The position numbers were made by a program, and so were the translations under genes. The notes under the pieces were generated by a model. The model ran no database searches. It was given only the letters and a program-made list of their open reading frames with translations, and was not told the DNA's origin. A stretch of DNA of 63,393 bases, filler included. It is 8 parts of 8 records of this genome, joined end to end, with 100 filler letters (N's around TTAATTAATTAA, not from the genome) between each part and the next. Parts side by side here need not be neighbours in the genome. Positions count along the whole stretch, not along the records: positions 1 to 5,017 come from DRR723986_31303; positions 5,118 to 11,753 come from DRR723986_31311; 6 more parts are not named here. One strand, written 5' to 3'. This document shows, one piece after another, positions 1 to 11,164 of the stretch. Positions within the stretch are counted from its first letter, which is position 1; every line of letters starts with the position of its first letter.

Positions 1-943
1 CGCCGAAGACGTGATGGACATGTGCGCCATCCTGTTCGGCGAAGACTTCATCGAAAACAATCCCGTCACAACCGGCAACTGCAACGGCAACTCGCCACTG
101 GTCTGGGATGAAACCATGCTGGGGGCGTTGCGCGCCTTTTGCCGTCGCAACCAACCTGTGCTGTGCTCTCCGTTTGTTTTGGGCGGGGCCAATACGCCCG
201 CTAGTGTCGCGGCCTCGGTTGCGCAGCTCAACGCCGAAGCCCTGAGCGCGCTGGCCTATACGCAGGTTGTCCGCCGGGGCTGCCCCGCGATCTATGGCCA
301 CTATCTGTCCACCGTGTCGATGAAGTCCGGTGCCCCTATGGCGGGCACGCCAGAAATCAGCCTGATGAATTTCATGATCGGTCAGATGGCGCGGCACTAC
401 GGCGTGCCTTGGCGCACCTCAAACACCTTGGGTGGGGCCAAAACATTTGACGCACAGGCCGGGTATGAATCCGCAACCACGCTGTCATCTGTGATCCACG
501 CCGGGGCCAACTATATCTGGCATTCCGCGGGCTGGAACGAAGCGGGCATGCACTGCTCTGTCGCCAAGTTCATCGTTGATGCGGAACAATGCGCGATGGC
601 CTATCGCATGGCCGAGGGACCCAAATGGGATGATTTTGACACCGCCGTTGCCGCCGTGTCGGATATTGGGCCGGGCGGGCACTATCTTGGGCACCCCCAC
701 ACCCAAGAGAACTTTCAATCTGCCTTCTTCATGCCCGACATGTTCGACAACAATTCAATCGAACAGTGGATTGCCGAGGGCAGTGTCGAAATCACGGAAC
801 GTGCTCTGAAACACGCCAAAAAACTGCTAAGCGAATATCAGGAACCCGCGCTGGATATCGCCAAGGATGAAGAGTTGCGTGACTATATCGCGCGCCGCGA
901 ACGTGAAATTCCAGCCGCGGATGAACTGAACCAAAGCTACTAA
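1..943 (+). CDS. mttB: Trimethylamine methyltransferase (MttB) family protein, non-pyrrolysine type, 5'-partial
   Basis: Motifs NGNSPLVWD, GAPMAGTPE, AKTFDAQAGYES, GPGGHYLG. No in-frame TAG. ORF is open to the contig start. Confidence 0.9.
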   Translation, partial: AEDVMDMCAILFGEDFIENNPVTTGNCNGNSPLVWDETMLGALRAFCRRNQPVLCSPFVLGGANTPASVAASVAQLNAEALSALAYTQVVRRGCPAIYGHYLSTVSMKSGAPMAGTPEISLMNFMIGQMARHYGVPWRTSNTLGGAKTFDAQAGYESATTLSSVIHAGANYIWHSAGWNEAGMHCSVAKFIVDAEQCAMAYRMAEGPKWDDFDTAVAAVSDIGPGGHYLGHPHTQENFQSAFFMPDMFDNNSIEQWIAEGSVEITERALKHAKKLLSEYQEPALDIAKDEELRDYIARREREIPAADELNQSY

Positions 944-986
944 AACCCGAGGGCCTGCGCGGCCTAATCAGTTGAAAGGGATCATT

Positions 987-1718
987 TTGGATTTCACCAA
1001 CAAACGTGCCTTGGTGACAGGTGCAGCAGGGGGCATTGGGTCGGCGATTGTTGCGCAATTGCGCGCCGCCGGGGCCAAAGTGGCGGTCGCAGACCGGGAC
1101 GTTACCAATATCATGGCCGAGGCTCATTTGCCCGGTGACCTGACCGACCCGCAGTACGCATCGACATTGCCCGATCAGGCGGCACAGGCCTTGGGCGGGT
1201 TGGACATTGTCATCAACAACGCAGGCATCATGCGGCGCGGTCCTGTAACCGCCAGCAGTGACGAGGATTTCGACCTCTCCATCGCGGTTAATGTCAAAGC
1301 CCCGTTTCAGGTGTGCCGCGCAGCAATCCCCTTGCTCGCGGCCAACGGAGGGGGTGCCATCGTCAACACAGCGTCCTGTTGGGGCGTTCATCCGGGGCCG
1401 GATCATGCGGTGTATTGCATGACCAAAGCCGCCATCGCATCGCTGACGAAATGCATGGGGCGCGATCATGCTCACCAAGGCATCCGCGTCAATGCGGTCT
1501 GCCCGAATGAAGTGGACACTCCCATGTTGCGCACCGGATTTGAGCTGCGTGGATATGACCCCGCCACAGCCATCGCTGAGCTGGACAAAACAGTCCCGAT
1601 TGGCCGCATAGCCCAACCCGAGGACATCGCCGAGGTGATCCTGTTCCTCGCCTCAGATCATGCACGCTATATGTGTGGCGAATTGGTCGAGGTAAACGGG
1701 GGCAAGCCTGTGTCATGA
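987..1718 (+). CDS. SDR family NAD(P)-dependent oxidoreductase
   Basis: TGAAGGIG, NNAG, YCMTK (YxxxK). TTG start chosen after AAAGGG; the ORF track starts at 972. Confidence 0.9.
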   Translation: MDFTNKRALVTGAAGGIGSAIVAQLRAAGAKVAVADRDVTNIMAEAHLPGDLTDPQYASTLPDQAAQALGGLDIVINNAGIMRRGPVTASSDEDFDLSIAVNVKAPFQVCRAAIPLLAANGGGAIVNTASCWGVHPGPDHAVYCMTKAAIASLTKCMGRDHAHQGIRVNAVCPNEVDTPMLRTGFELRGYDPATAIAELDKTVPIGRIAQPEDIAEVILFLASDHARYMCGELVEVNGGKPVS

Positions 1719-2449
1719 AGCGGTTTACAGACAAAGTGGCATTGATCACGGGCGGGCGCAGCGGCATAGGTCAGGCCATTGCCCGCCGCCTGCATAATGA
1801 AGGGGCCAAGGTCTTTACCGCGCAACGCGCGCCAGATCCCGATTTCCCCAGTTTCACCGCTGATTTCAGCGACCCGGCAGCCCCGGCACAGGTGATAGAG
1901 CAGGTCATTGCGGACAGCGGGCAGCTTGATGTGCTCGTCAACAACGCGGGCATGATGCAGGAGTCCAGTATCGAGGCCATGTCGCTTGAGGATTGGCAGC
2001 GTAATCTGACGGTGAACCTAACCGCACCCTTCCTTCTCATCCAAGCCGCCCTGCCCCATCTGCGTGCAACACAAGGCAGTATCGTCAATATCGGTTCAAT
2101 TGAGGGGCTAGGCGCGAACCCCGGCCATGCGGCCTATTGCGCATCAAAGGCAGGGTTACACGGGCTGACCCGTGCAGTTGCGATTGATCATGGCCCCGAA
2201 GGCATTCGCTGCAACGCTGTTGCACCGGGTTGGATCGACACGGAATTGAACGAGGATTTCATCGACAGTATGGATGATCCGCAAGCGTTTCGGCGCGATA
2301 TCGGCAAAATCCACCCGGTGGATCGCACCGGCACCCCGGCCGAGGTCGCGGCCCTCGTGGCCTTCCTTACCGCCGAGGAATCCGGGTTTATCACCGGGCA
2401 AGTTTACACAGTCGACGGTGGCCGCATGGCAAAACTAAGCCTGCCGTAA
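1715..2449 (+). CDS. SDR family oxidoreductase
   Basis: TGGRSGIG, NNAG, YCASK. ATGA overlap with the upstream SDR stop. Confidence 0.9.
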   Translation: MKRFTDKVALITGGRSGIGQAIARRLHNEGAKVFTAQRAPDPDFPSFTADFSDPAAPAQVIEQVIADSGQLDVLVNNAGMMQESSIEAMSLEDWQRNLTVNLTAPFLLIQAALPHLRATQGSIVNIGSIEGLGANPGHAAYCASKAGLHGLTRAVAIDHGPEGIRCNAVAPGWIDTELNEDFIDSMDDPQAFRRDIGKIHPVDRTGTPAEVAALVAFLTAEESGFITGQVYTVDGGRMAKLSLP

Positions 2450-2450
2450 A

Positions 2451-2478
2451 CCCATGGCAATCTGTTAGAAACCATGGG
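2451..2478. terminator. Short inverted repeat between convergent genes (possible terminator)
   Basis: CCCATGG...CCATGGG between two convergent stops. No U-tract. Confidence 0.3.
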
Positions 2479-2488
2479 TCATGGCGCG

Positions 2489-3826
2489 CTATTCATTGCC
2501 TGCGCGCCACTCTTTCCACCGCAAAACAACATTCGCACCGATATCGGACAAGGGTCGGGGAGGTAGCGCTTTGGGCTGCGCCTCGGCTGTGAAATATCGT
2601 GTGATAGCTGTGTCTTCGCCACACGCCATTTCTGCGGCGCCCATTCCGGTCAGAGTGCCCCGCGCGGTTCCAAGCCCGTTCTGAACGCAGGCAGAAAACA
2701 CCCCGTCATCAACCGCACGCATCACGGATACGCCATTCAGTGACAGACACAGATGGCCGGCCCATTTGTATTCCATCGCCATCCCCGCCAGTTGCGGAAA
2801 CCGTTGGTCAAACTTGCCCTGCTGAACGCGCGCTGCGCGATCTACGTCGCCCTGACTTGCGGTCATGCCGGGCCGCAACACCGCACATGTGCGCGTGATG
2901 ACCCGATTACCGCCTTGCGCGGTATCAATCCGGCGCATCGTGGTGCCCATCGGATCTGACGGCGTGACGCCCCAGCGCGGAGCCCCCCCGAGACGCTTCA
3001 ACGTCTCAGCATCCAAATCGGGTGTCATCGAGGCAAAGAGAAACAGTTGCATCAACCGGCCACGTTCAATGCCAAAGCTTTCCAGATGCCCGTTGTTGGC
3101 CAAAATGACCTTGGCAGCAGACACCGATCCGGTTTCTGTGCGCACCAACCAATCCTGACCTTGCCGCGTGAACCCGGTCACGGCGGAATTCTCAAACACC
3201 TGCACATGGTCACGCAGTCCCCGCGCCAACCCACGAATGTAGCCCGCTGGCTGCAACGTCACGGTTCCGGGCGTATAAAGGCCCGAGCGATAGTGCGGTG
3301 ATCCCGTTAGCTCCTGCATCTGGTGCTGGTCCAGCATTTCAGACGCTTCACCAAGCGAGGCGAGATGTTTGGAATAGCTGAGATTGTGGTCATGACCCGC
3401 AGCGCTGGCTGCGCCGTTCACCTTACCCGAAGGGTCAAAATAGGCGGGATCAATGCCATATTCCTCAACCGCCGCCCTGCCAAATGCAATCGCTTGTCGA
3501 TTGAGACCAATCAGGGCCTGATCATCCCCAGATCCCGCATAATCGTCCGAGGCCAAATCATGCGGCAGATCGATCATAAAGCCGGAATTTCGCCCCGCCG
3601 CCCCTTCGGCCACACGCCCTGCCTCTAACACGACAACGCGGGCATCTGGCTGCAATTGGGTCAACCGACGTGCAGAGGATAAGCCTGCAAACCCGCCCCC
3701 AACGATCACAAAATCAGCCGTTAGATCGGCCCGCAGCACCTCTGGAGCGGCCTGAGGCCCCAGAATTGTGTTCCAAGCTGCCGGTCCACGTTGAACCGGC
3801 AGTCTCTTGGCCCTGTAAGCGGTCAA
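2489..3826 (-). CDS. FAD-dependent oxidoreductase, DAO/PuuB-like
   Basis: IVGGGFAGL, GAAGRNSGF, NGLGTARG. TTG start overlaps the aldehyde dehydrogenase stop. Confidence 0.85.
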   Translation of the reverse strand: MTAYRAKRLPVQRGPAAWNTILGPQAAPEVLRADLTADFVIVGGGFAGLSSARRLTQLQPDARVVVLEAGRVAEGAAGRNSGFMIDLPHDLASDDYAGSGDDQALIGLNRQAIAFGRAAVEEYGIDPAYFDPSGKVNGAASAAGHDHNLSYSKHLASLGEASEMLDQHQMQELTGSPHYRSGLYTPGTVTLQPAGYIRGLARGLRDHVQVFENSAVTGFTRQGQDWLVRTETGSVSAAKVILANNGHLESFGIERGRLMQLFLFASMTPDLDAETLKRLGGAPRWGVTPSDPMGTTMRRIDTAQGGNRVITRTCAVLRPGMTASQGDVDRAARVQQGKFDQRFPQLAGMAMEYKWAGHLCLSLNGVSVMRAVDDGVFSACVQNGLGTARGTLTGMGAAEMACGEDTAITRYFTAEAQPKALPPRPLSDIGANVVLRWKEWRAGNE

Positions 3827-5017
3827 TCGATTGCCTCGTCGGCATCGTCGCTCAGGTCGATCCAGATGGTTTTCAGCTGCGTGTACTGATCATGCGCATG
3901 CAGGGAATTGTCGCGCCCGCCAAAGCCGGATTGCTTGTAGCCCCCAAACGGGGTCGAAATGTCCCCCTCGCCAAAGCTGTTGACCGTTACTGTCCCCGCG
4001 CGCAACATCCGCGCGCCGCGAATGGCGCGTTTGGCGTTGGCCGTGAACAAAGACGCACACAGACCGTAATCGGTGTCGTTGGCGATTTTGATCGCCTCGT
4101 CAAAGCCGCCCACTTCGATCACCGACAGAACCGGGCCAAAGATCTCTTCGCGCGCCAAAGGGTGGTCGTTGTCGGGGATGTGAACCACCGTCGCCTCGAC
4201 AAATCCGTTTTCCGCTTTGCCACCGATTGCAACATCATCCGCCTGATCCAGATACCCACACACTTTCGTATAATGGGTATCACTGACCAGTGCGCCCATA
4301 CGGGTTTCTGGGTCCAGCGGATCGCCCACATTCCAGTGGCGCGCATGTACGGCGATGCGATCCATCAGCTCGGCCTTTACATCTCGATGCACAATCAGGC
4401 GCGACGAGGCGGAACAATTTTCACCCATGTTCCAGAACGCACCATTGACGATGTGTTGCGCCACACGGTCCAGATTTTCGGCATCCTCCATCACAACGGC
4501 CGGGTTCTTACCACCCATTTCCAGCACCACCTCTTTGGCATTGCTTTCGGCGGAATAGCTCAGGAACCGCTTGCCGGTTGCGGTTGAGCCGGTGAACGAC
4601 ACCATGTCGATGTCCATATGCCGCCCGATGGGTTCGCCCACCTCGGCACCACCACCGGGCACAATGTTCAACACCCCGCGCGGCAGGCCCGCTTCGGCGG
4701 CAATTTCTGCCACCCGCAGTGTGGTCAACGACGTCTCGGCGGCAGGTTTCACGACAAGTGAACAGCCAGCGGCCAAAGCTGGGCCAATTTTCCACGCCAG
4801 CATAAGCAATGGGAAATTCCATGGCAGCACCAGCCCCACAACGCCAATCGGTTCACGTACGACCATCGCAATATGATCGTCCGACGCGGGCGAGACCTGA
4901 TCATAAATCTTGTCGATCGCCTCGGCGTGCCACTTGATGCAATGGATCGTTTCGGGGATATCCACCGTTTCACAGTCAAAGATGGTTTTGCCGCTGTCGA
5001 TGCTTTCCATCACAGCC
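3823..5017 (-). CDS. Aldehyde dehydrogenase (PuuC-like), 5'-partial
   Basis: PWNFP, FTGST, LEMGGKNP, catalytic Cys in GENCSA, EEIFGP, PFGGYKQSG. Confidence 0.93.
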
Positions 5018-5117
5018 NNNNNNNNNNNNNNNNNNNNNNNNNNNNNNNNNNNNNNNNNNNNTTAATTAATTAANNNNNNNNNNNNNNNNNNNNNNNNNNN
5101 NNNNNNNNNNNNNNNNN
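5018..5117. other. Artificial contig linker
   Basis: N-run, TTAATTAATTAA, N-run. The same 100-nt linker occurs at 11754-11853, 22680-22779, 36552-36651, 41844-41943, 48175-48274 and 57055-57154. Confidence 0.99.
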
Positions 5118-5329
5118 GCGCTTTGAGCTGCGGCATTACATTTGCATCTCAGGCTTGTTTGATTTTTTGTTTAACACTGATCCAGCACGCACAAGTCACT
5201 CAGTGAATTCTCAATTCCGCAACAGTGCAAAACAAGAAAAAAAAGCCAGCCACCAAAGCACGGAGTGCGGGGGCGCAGCGCTCACGTCCCCACATTAAAC
5301 ATCAACAACAAGGCCGGAGATCCGCAAAC

Positions 5330-8300
5330 TTAGTGTTTTAGCGTCCGCAGGACTACCAATTCATCCCCAATCTCCAGTGTCAACAAATACACACCGGCGG
5401 CAAACGTGCGCATGTTAACTTCCTGCACAACAGTTAGGTCCGTTGGCCGCAGCGACTGGCGCAAGACTTCACGTCCAAGGGCGTCGCTCAGGTGCAAAAC
5501 TATTTGATCCACTGGCCGGCGTAACTCACCGCGCAGCACAAAAGCATCGCGATAGGGATTCGGCTCTATTTTAAACGTCCCCGCTGCAGCATACGCGCTG
5601 AGAACAGACGTAGAGACAATGCGCACAGGCTCCGATAATTGCGAAACACAATTGCCCTGGGTGATGCGCAAGGTATACTCCGCGTCAACATCTTCAACTA
5701 TTAGATTGCGCGTATTAACATTCAACGGCGCACCGTCCTTAAACCATTCGTAGCTGTCGGCTTCGGTATCTGCGCTAAGCTCTCCAGGGCTAAGACGCTC
5801 GATCTCTGGAATGGCGACGGACTGCACGATGATAACATCTTCCTTTTCGATTTCATCACGCCCAAGGTCATTACGCGCACTTAAACTGACGCTGTACGTA
5901 TCAGCGGCTTCAAAAACAATCCGCGGTGCGGTGCTGTGCTCGTCGCTGCCATCAACAAATCGCCAGGTAGACGGGCTAATAGCCCACAACAAATTATCGG
6001 GTTCGTTAATACTGCGGTCCGTTAGTGTTAAAGTATCGCCTAAACAGAGTTCGCTGTTATTAACATCAAAATCCACGCGTGGTTTAGCCGGCAGGAACAC
6101 CACTGCAATATCGTCAAGTGCCATGTCGGTAAACGCCCACCGCCCCAACAAACCACGAAAGCGAATTTTAACATCATCACTGCGATACGGTGAAAGATCA
6201 ACAGTTTCTTCATGCCATTCCAGTCCGTGATTGCCGCGGTGCGGCTCAATAATATTTTCCGTCAATTCACCATTAACGATTATGTCAATTGTTAAAAGGC
6301 CCATCTGGGCAGCATTCAGGCCATTCATATAGTAGGCGTACTGTAATTGTGGCCGGGTTCCGCCTGTTAAGTCCAGGCAGGGCAACTCCAGAGCCCCCCA
6401 TTCCAAGGTGCAGCCCTCGGTTGACAGCGCCAGGTACTGCCCCTCAAGATCACCGCGCGTGTTATCCACTTTTGGGCCAACCAGGTCATAGGCCGGCTGT
6501 AAAGGGCCCGATTCAACTGTCCAGTCGATATCGTCGACGCCCAATTCCGGCCGCAGATTCACCCAGCCGCCAGGCAAGGTGCATTTTGGAAAACACTTGC
6601 CGCTGCAGCCGTCCCAGTTGTCAAAAGATTCTGTCAGCGGCGGCGTCACCCGCCCGGTTGTGCGCGCATCTACAAAGACTGACATGCTATCTTTTCCGCG
6701 ACTGTTCTCCGCGCTCACCGTCAGTTTGTATTCACCGCGTTTTGCAAATGTTACAATTGTTCCGGGATAGTCATCGTCGGGTGCATCCCTAAATATTACA
6801 CCCTCAGATGGCTCAGCACTTAAACGTGTTGTGACGTCGCCGGGCACTGAATGATCGCGCACAAAGTATTCGAATTCGCAGTCGTTAAGTTTGCGCTCGT
6901 GAACATTGAGGTGGGCCACAGGCGCCAGCTCTTCGCTGCCTGGCAATGGCATTTCCCAGACACCACGGCCAAAAGTTGCGGCGCGAATTTTGCGAACCCG
7001 GTAGTTAATTTCAAAGTCGTTAACAAGGACGCCAGGCATGCCTTTGTTTAAGGCGATCCATTCATTCATCGTGTTGTCACGGTACCAAACGCCAAGCTCG
7101 GTCCCCAGGTACACAGCCTCATTCGGATTGTCACGTTCAATGATCGCGGTATGAACGGGGGCCTGCGGCAAATTCGCATGGCGCGACTCCCAGGACCTAC
7201 CGCCGTCGGCGGTGCGGAATACTTTTGCACCGGCCTGATACGATCTTAACGTCACCCAGGCAATCTGCGGATTGTGTGGATGTACGTGTACATGCATCAG
7301 CCTGCCACCATCACGCGGAATTGACTCACCGACGAGTTCGTAGCTCTCCCAGGCGTCGGTGGTGTGATACAGCCGGCTTTGGCTTGTAATCAAAAATTGG
7401 TGTGCCGGACGGTCAAAACAGTATCCCATACTTTCAATAGTACTGCCGTCGAGCGGCGGCGTTAATGTGTCCCACCGCTCTCCACCTTGTGTGATGCGAT
7501 AGACGCTTTTAAACCCGGTGTATAACACGTCAGTCTGCTGCGGATCCATAAAAATCGGCGTAACCCAGGCTCCCTTGTATAGCAGAGAAGCGGGCGTAAT
7601 TAGCTTAAAGGTCTTGAATCCATCGGTCGAATAGAAAAACACGCCCATCTGCGCCGAGGTCAAAACGATGTTTTCATCCAGCGGATGAAAGGCCGCCTCC
7701 ATTCCATCGCCCCCCGTCACGTATTCCCAATTTTTCACCAAAGCGTTGCGACCAAGCGTACTGTTGTCCTGCGAGCCCGCAAAGATCTTGTCCGGGTCCT
7801 CCTGCGATGCCCCCAGGCGATAAAACTGCGTGATTGACAGGCCCGCATTGTGGATAGTCCATGACTCGCCGGCATTTTTGGTCGAATAGAGACCGCCGTC
7901 GCTCGCGGCAAAGAATTCATTGTCGACCGGGTGATAGGTAAAATAGTGATGGTCACCGTGCAGGTTCTCGCGGAACGGGTCCCAGGTGCGTCCGCCATCT
8001 GCGGAACGCGCCGCCAGTACACCGCCGGCCCAAAGCTCGTCGGGATCAGTGCGCGAGGCTCCCAGCGGAAAACCCCAGGCCCCACCAGGCTGGATCGCGC
8101 CCCTGAACTCCCAGTCGCGTCCCGCATTATCGCTGCGGAAAACCGAGGACTCGTTGTACCAATTACTGGCAATTGCAACGTAGACAATTTCCGGCGCGGC
8201 GGGCGTAACCTCCAGGGCGGCATGCGGCAGACCGCCGCGACCTTCAAACACGCCATGTGCCGACCAATTAGTCCCGCCATCACGCGAAATCATGGTAGTA

Positions 8301-9241
8301 GCGCTAACATTATTGCGGCGCGTCACGGCATAGAGCGTGCGCGGATCATCCGGCTTAAATTCCATGTCCCAGACTGCGGCGTCGCTGACCAGGTCAAAAG
8401 TCTCTCCGGCATCCAGCGAGCGATAGATCCCGTGATTGCTGCCCACATACACGCGCCTGGCGTCCTGCGGGTCTACCAGCAAGCGGAATATCATCCTGTA
8501 GCGGTTGGCAGCCTGCTCTGCGGTATTCCACGCCAGGCCGGTCGCGTTCCAGGTCTCACCACCGTCAGTAGATTTATAGACTCCCAGACTGTGAAAGTAA
8601 AAAGCGCCCCAGGCATGTGAGCTGCGATCGCCACTGGACATATAAACCACGTCCGGGTCTTGCGGATCGAAGGCAAAATCACTGAAGTGCTGCTGGGGCA
8701 GGTCGAGCGTCATGCAGCGCCAGGTCTGTCCGCGGTCCGTGGACTTCCACGCACCACCGGAAGCCGAACCAATCCAAATCAGGTCCGGCGCCAAAGGGTG
8801 GAAGCTGATCACATTAATACGGCCTATTCCCGCATTTGCATTGCCTTCGTCAAGTTCTTTAGTACTGAACGGCCCCAGTGGCGTCCACGTATTAGCCTCG
8901 GCCAAAACGGCATCACTGCCACGTAACTTGGCGGCCTCGGCGCGCATATGCTGCAGCGCTTGCTGCCGGCGTACCGCAGCATCTGGAAAACTTCCGTCAC
9001 TATTGATGCGGCTCTGCCAAAAATATTCCCAGCGCTTAAAGTGTTTCCAGCCGCTGCCCTTAGCGCCAATCGAATCGCCAAACTGGGCATAAAAACGCGC
9101 TTTTATCTCATTGAAATTTTGGCCTTCGGCCAGGCTGCCGTCGGCATTGCGCTCCAAAAACGATAACACCGGGTCGGCTGCATAGAGCATTGGTGTCGAG
9201 AGACATAATAGGGCAAACAAGATCACGTATGGCTTGGGCAT
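5330..9241 (-). CDS. Secreted BNR/VPS10-type beta-propeller protein with MAM and PKD domains and T9SS type-A C-terminal sorting domain
   Basis: Signal peptide after an AAGGAGG RBS; KHFKRWEYFW; many SxDGGxTW Asp-boxes; ATFGRGVW; MAM-like DDIDW...DMALDDI; C-terminal PNP...GVYLL. Confidence 0.85.
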   Translation of the reverse strand: MPKPYVILFALLCLSTPMLYAADPVLSFLERNADGSLAEGQNFNEIKARFYAQFGDSIGAKGSGWKHFKRWEYFWQSRINSDGSFPDAAVRRQQALQHMRAEAAKLRGSDAVLAEANTWTPLGPFSTKELDEGNANAGIGRINVISFHPLAPDLIWIGSASGGAWKSTDRGQTWRCMTLDLPQQHFSDFAFDPQDPDVVYMSSGDRSSHAWGAFYFHSLGVYKSTDGGETWNATGLAWNTAEQAANRYRMIFRLLVDPQDARRVYVGSNHGIYRSLDAGETFDLVSDAAVWDMEFKPDDPRTLYAVTRRNNVSATTMISRDGGTNWSAHGVFEGRGGLPHAALEVTPAAPEIVYVAIASNWYNESSVFRSDNAGRDWEFRGAIQPGGAWGFPLGASRTDPDELWAGGVLAARSADGGRTWDPFRENLHGDHHYFTYHPVDNEFFAASDGGLYSTKNAGESWTIHNAGLSITQFYRLGASQEDPDKIFAGSQDNSTLGRNALVKNWEYVTGGDGMEAAFHPLDENIVLTSAQMGVFFYSTDGFKTFKLITPASLLYKGAWVTPIFMDPQQTDVLYTGFKSVYRITQGGERWDTLTPPLDGSTIESMGYCFDRPAHQFLITSQSRLYHTTDAWESYELVGESIPRDGGRLMHVHVHPHNPQIAWVTLRSYQAGAKVFRTADGGRSWESRHANLPQAPVHTAIIERDNPNEAVYLGTELGVWYRDNTMNEWIALNKGMPGVLVNDFEINYRVRKIRAATFGRGVWEMPLPGSEELAPVAHLNVHERKLNDCEFEYFVRDHSVPGDVTTRLSAEPSEGVIFRDAPDDDYPGTIVTFAKRGEYKLTVSAENSRGKDSMSVFVDARTTGRVTPPLTESFDNWDGCSGKCFPKCTLPGGWVNLRPELGVDDIDWTVESGPLQPAYDLVGPKVDNTRGDLEGQYLALSTEGCTLEWGALELPCLDLTGGTRPQLQYAYYMNGLNAAQMGLLTIDIIVNGELTENIIEPHRGNHGLEWHEETVDLSPYRSDDVKIRFRGLLGRWAFTDMALDDIAVVFLPAKPRVDFDVNNSELCLGDTLTLTDRSINEPDNLLWAISPSTWRFVDGSDEHSTAPRIVFEAADTYSVSLSARNDLGRDEIEKEDVIIVQSVAIPEIERLSPGELSADTEADSYEWFKDGAPLNVNTRNLIVEDVDAEYTLRITQGNCVSQLSEPVRIVSTSVLSAYAAAGTFKIEPNPYRDAFVLRGELRRPVDQIVLHLSDALGREVLRQSLRPTDLTVVQEVNMRTFAAGVYLLTLEIGDELVVLRTLKH

Positions 9242-9754
9242 GGTGCGCCCTCCTTGCTCGTAGTGGGGGTAGACCAGGTGAGGCCGTTTGGCGGACCTCA
9301 CAACAATTAAGGGTGGGTACGTGGCAAATATTCCAAATTCTGGGTTTGATTCAAAACGAAACGTCCGCGCCTGCCATACGCCCTGAATTCACCCTTGAGT
9401 TTTCAGGCGGCTAAGTCGCAAGAATTTGCCAAATATTTGTATTTTCCGCTGCCGAAGACTTACTGGAAGCAAGTCTTGCTCTTCGCTCCCAGTGCAGCTG
9501 CCGCACAAGTGGCTACATCCCTTTAAATCGCCAAATACTCATGCTGACTGGCCGCGGTATTCCGCTCCGCTGATGCCCGCCGGACCAGGATTGATACTCC
9601 CAAACTTTTTGAGCCGGCTACAAGCTCCGGCATCGTTCCACAAAAAGCTACTCCTACCGTTGGACTTCGGCAGCCACAGGTAGATTTGCGCCTAAACGCA
9701 TGTGCCAACTCAATTCCCAGGCATCAAGCATTTAACCGAGCACAAAGTTTACAT

Positions 9755-11164
9755 ATGGATCAAGAAAAGAAGTTCAGAAACTTATACAACAATGCTTCAG
9801 ACATGTACGCATCTGTTGATCCTGACAGCCGAACAATCGTCGAATGTAACGACACGCTCGCAAAGATGACGGGTTACACAAGGGCGGAAATCATCGGCCG
9901 GCCGCTGCAATTTATCTATCACCCAACCTGCCTGCCCGAAGTCGTGCAGGTTATTCAGGCTTATGACACGAACGGCTTTGTCAAAAACGTCGAACTCGCT
10001 TTGCAACACAAGAACGGCAGCACAATCCCGGTGCTCTTAAGCCTCAGTGCTATTAAAAACGACGAGGGCAAGGTTCTCTACAGCAGCTGTTGCTGGCGCG
10101 ATATCTCAGACCTCAAAATCGCACAGGCCAAACTCACGACTTTCACTTTTTTCTTTGAAAACAGCCTCGACATATGCGCCGTTGCCAACGACGCCGGCTA
10201 CTTCACTTTGGTCAATGATACTTTCAGCCAGACCCTGGGATATTCCAAAGAGGAAATTTACAGCACCAGCTTTGTCGATTGGATTCATCCGGATGACCTA
10301 GCCTCAACACTTGCGGTCTACGAAAAAGCCGTTGCCGGTAAATCCCTGTTTAACTTTGTTAACCGCTACCGCAAAAAGGATGGTAGCTACATCTACATGG
10401 ATTGGAACTGCAGCACCAACAGCTCAACCGGCGAAATCAATTGCATTGCACGCGATATCACAGAGCGCGTCCTGGCCGAAGAACAACTGCTCGCAGTCAA
10501 CAAAGAACTCGAAGCGTTTTCCTATTCCGTGGCCCACGACCTGCGCGCGCCCTTGCGCGCCATCCTGGGATTCTCGGAGATTTTAAAACAAGACCATGCC
10601 GACAAGCTGAATGCGGAGGCCATACAGTACCTGGAGCGTATCAGTGTCAACTCATCCTCAATGTCTGCACTTATAGATGACCTTCTCGACTTCTCACGCC
10701 TTGGCCGAAAAGAAGTCCGCAAAACCACAGTCGATATGAATCGGCTCACAAAGTATGTGCTCAAAAACCTGGAAAAGGAAACACCACCAAACGCATCAAT
10801 ATCCCTTCAGCAACTTCACAGTACCAGCGGTGATGAAAGCCTGTTGGTATACGTACTCCAGAACATCATCTCCAATGCGCTCAAATATTCTTCCAAAAGG
10901 GCGCAGCCAACCATTGTAATTTCTTCAGAAGATAAACAACATAAAACCGTATACTCGGTGCGGGATAATGGCGCCGGCTTTGACATGCAGTACGCCAAAA
11001 AATTGTTTGAAGTCTTCCAGAGGCTACACAACAGCTCTGAATACGGTGGCACCGGCATAGGCCTGGCCCTTGCCCAGCGCATCATCGAAAAACACGGTGG
11101 GGATATCTGGGCCGAAGCCATTATCGATCAAGGCGCAACGTTCTACTTCTCCCTGCCTAAGTAA
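9755..11164 (+). CDS. PAS-PAS sensor histidine kinase
   Basis: Two PAS/PAC domains (IYHP, WIHPDD); H-box SVAHDLRAPLR; NALKY, DNGAGF, GTGIGL. Confidence 0.93.
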   Translation: MDQEKKFRNLYNNASDMYASVDPDSRTIVECNDTLAKMTGYTRAEIIGRPLQFIYHPTCLPEVVQVIQAYDTNGFVKNVELALQHKNGSTIPVLLSLSAIKNDEGKVLYSSCCWRDISDLKIAQAKLTTFTFFFENSLDICAVANDAGYFTLVNDTFSQTLGYSKEEIYSTSFVDWIHPDDLASTLAVYEKAVAGKSLFNFVNRYRKKDGSYIYMDWNCSTNSSTGEINCIARDITERVLAEEQLLAVNKELEAFSYSVAHDLRAPLRAILGFSEILKQDHADKLNAEAIQYLERISVNSSSMSALIDDLLDFSRLGRKEVRKTTVDMNRLTKYVLKNLEKETPPNASISLQQLHSTSGDESLLVYVLQNIISNALKYSSKRAQPTIVISSEDKQHKTVYSVRDNGAGFDMQYAKKLFEVFQRLHNSSEYGGTGIGLALAQRIIEKHGGDIWAEAIIDQGATFYFSLPK

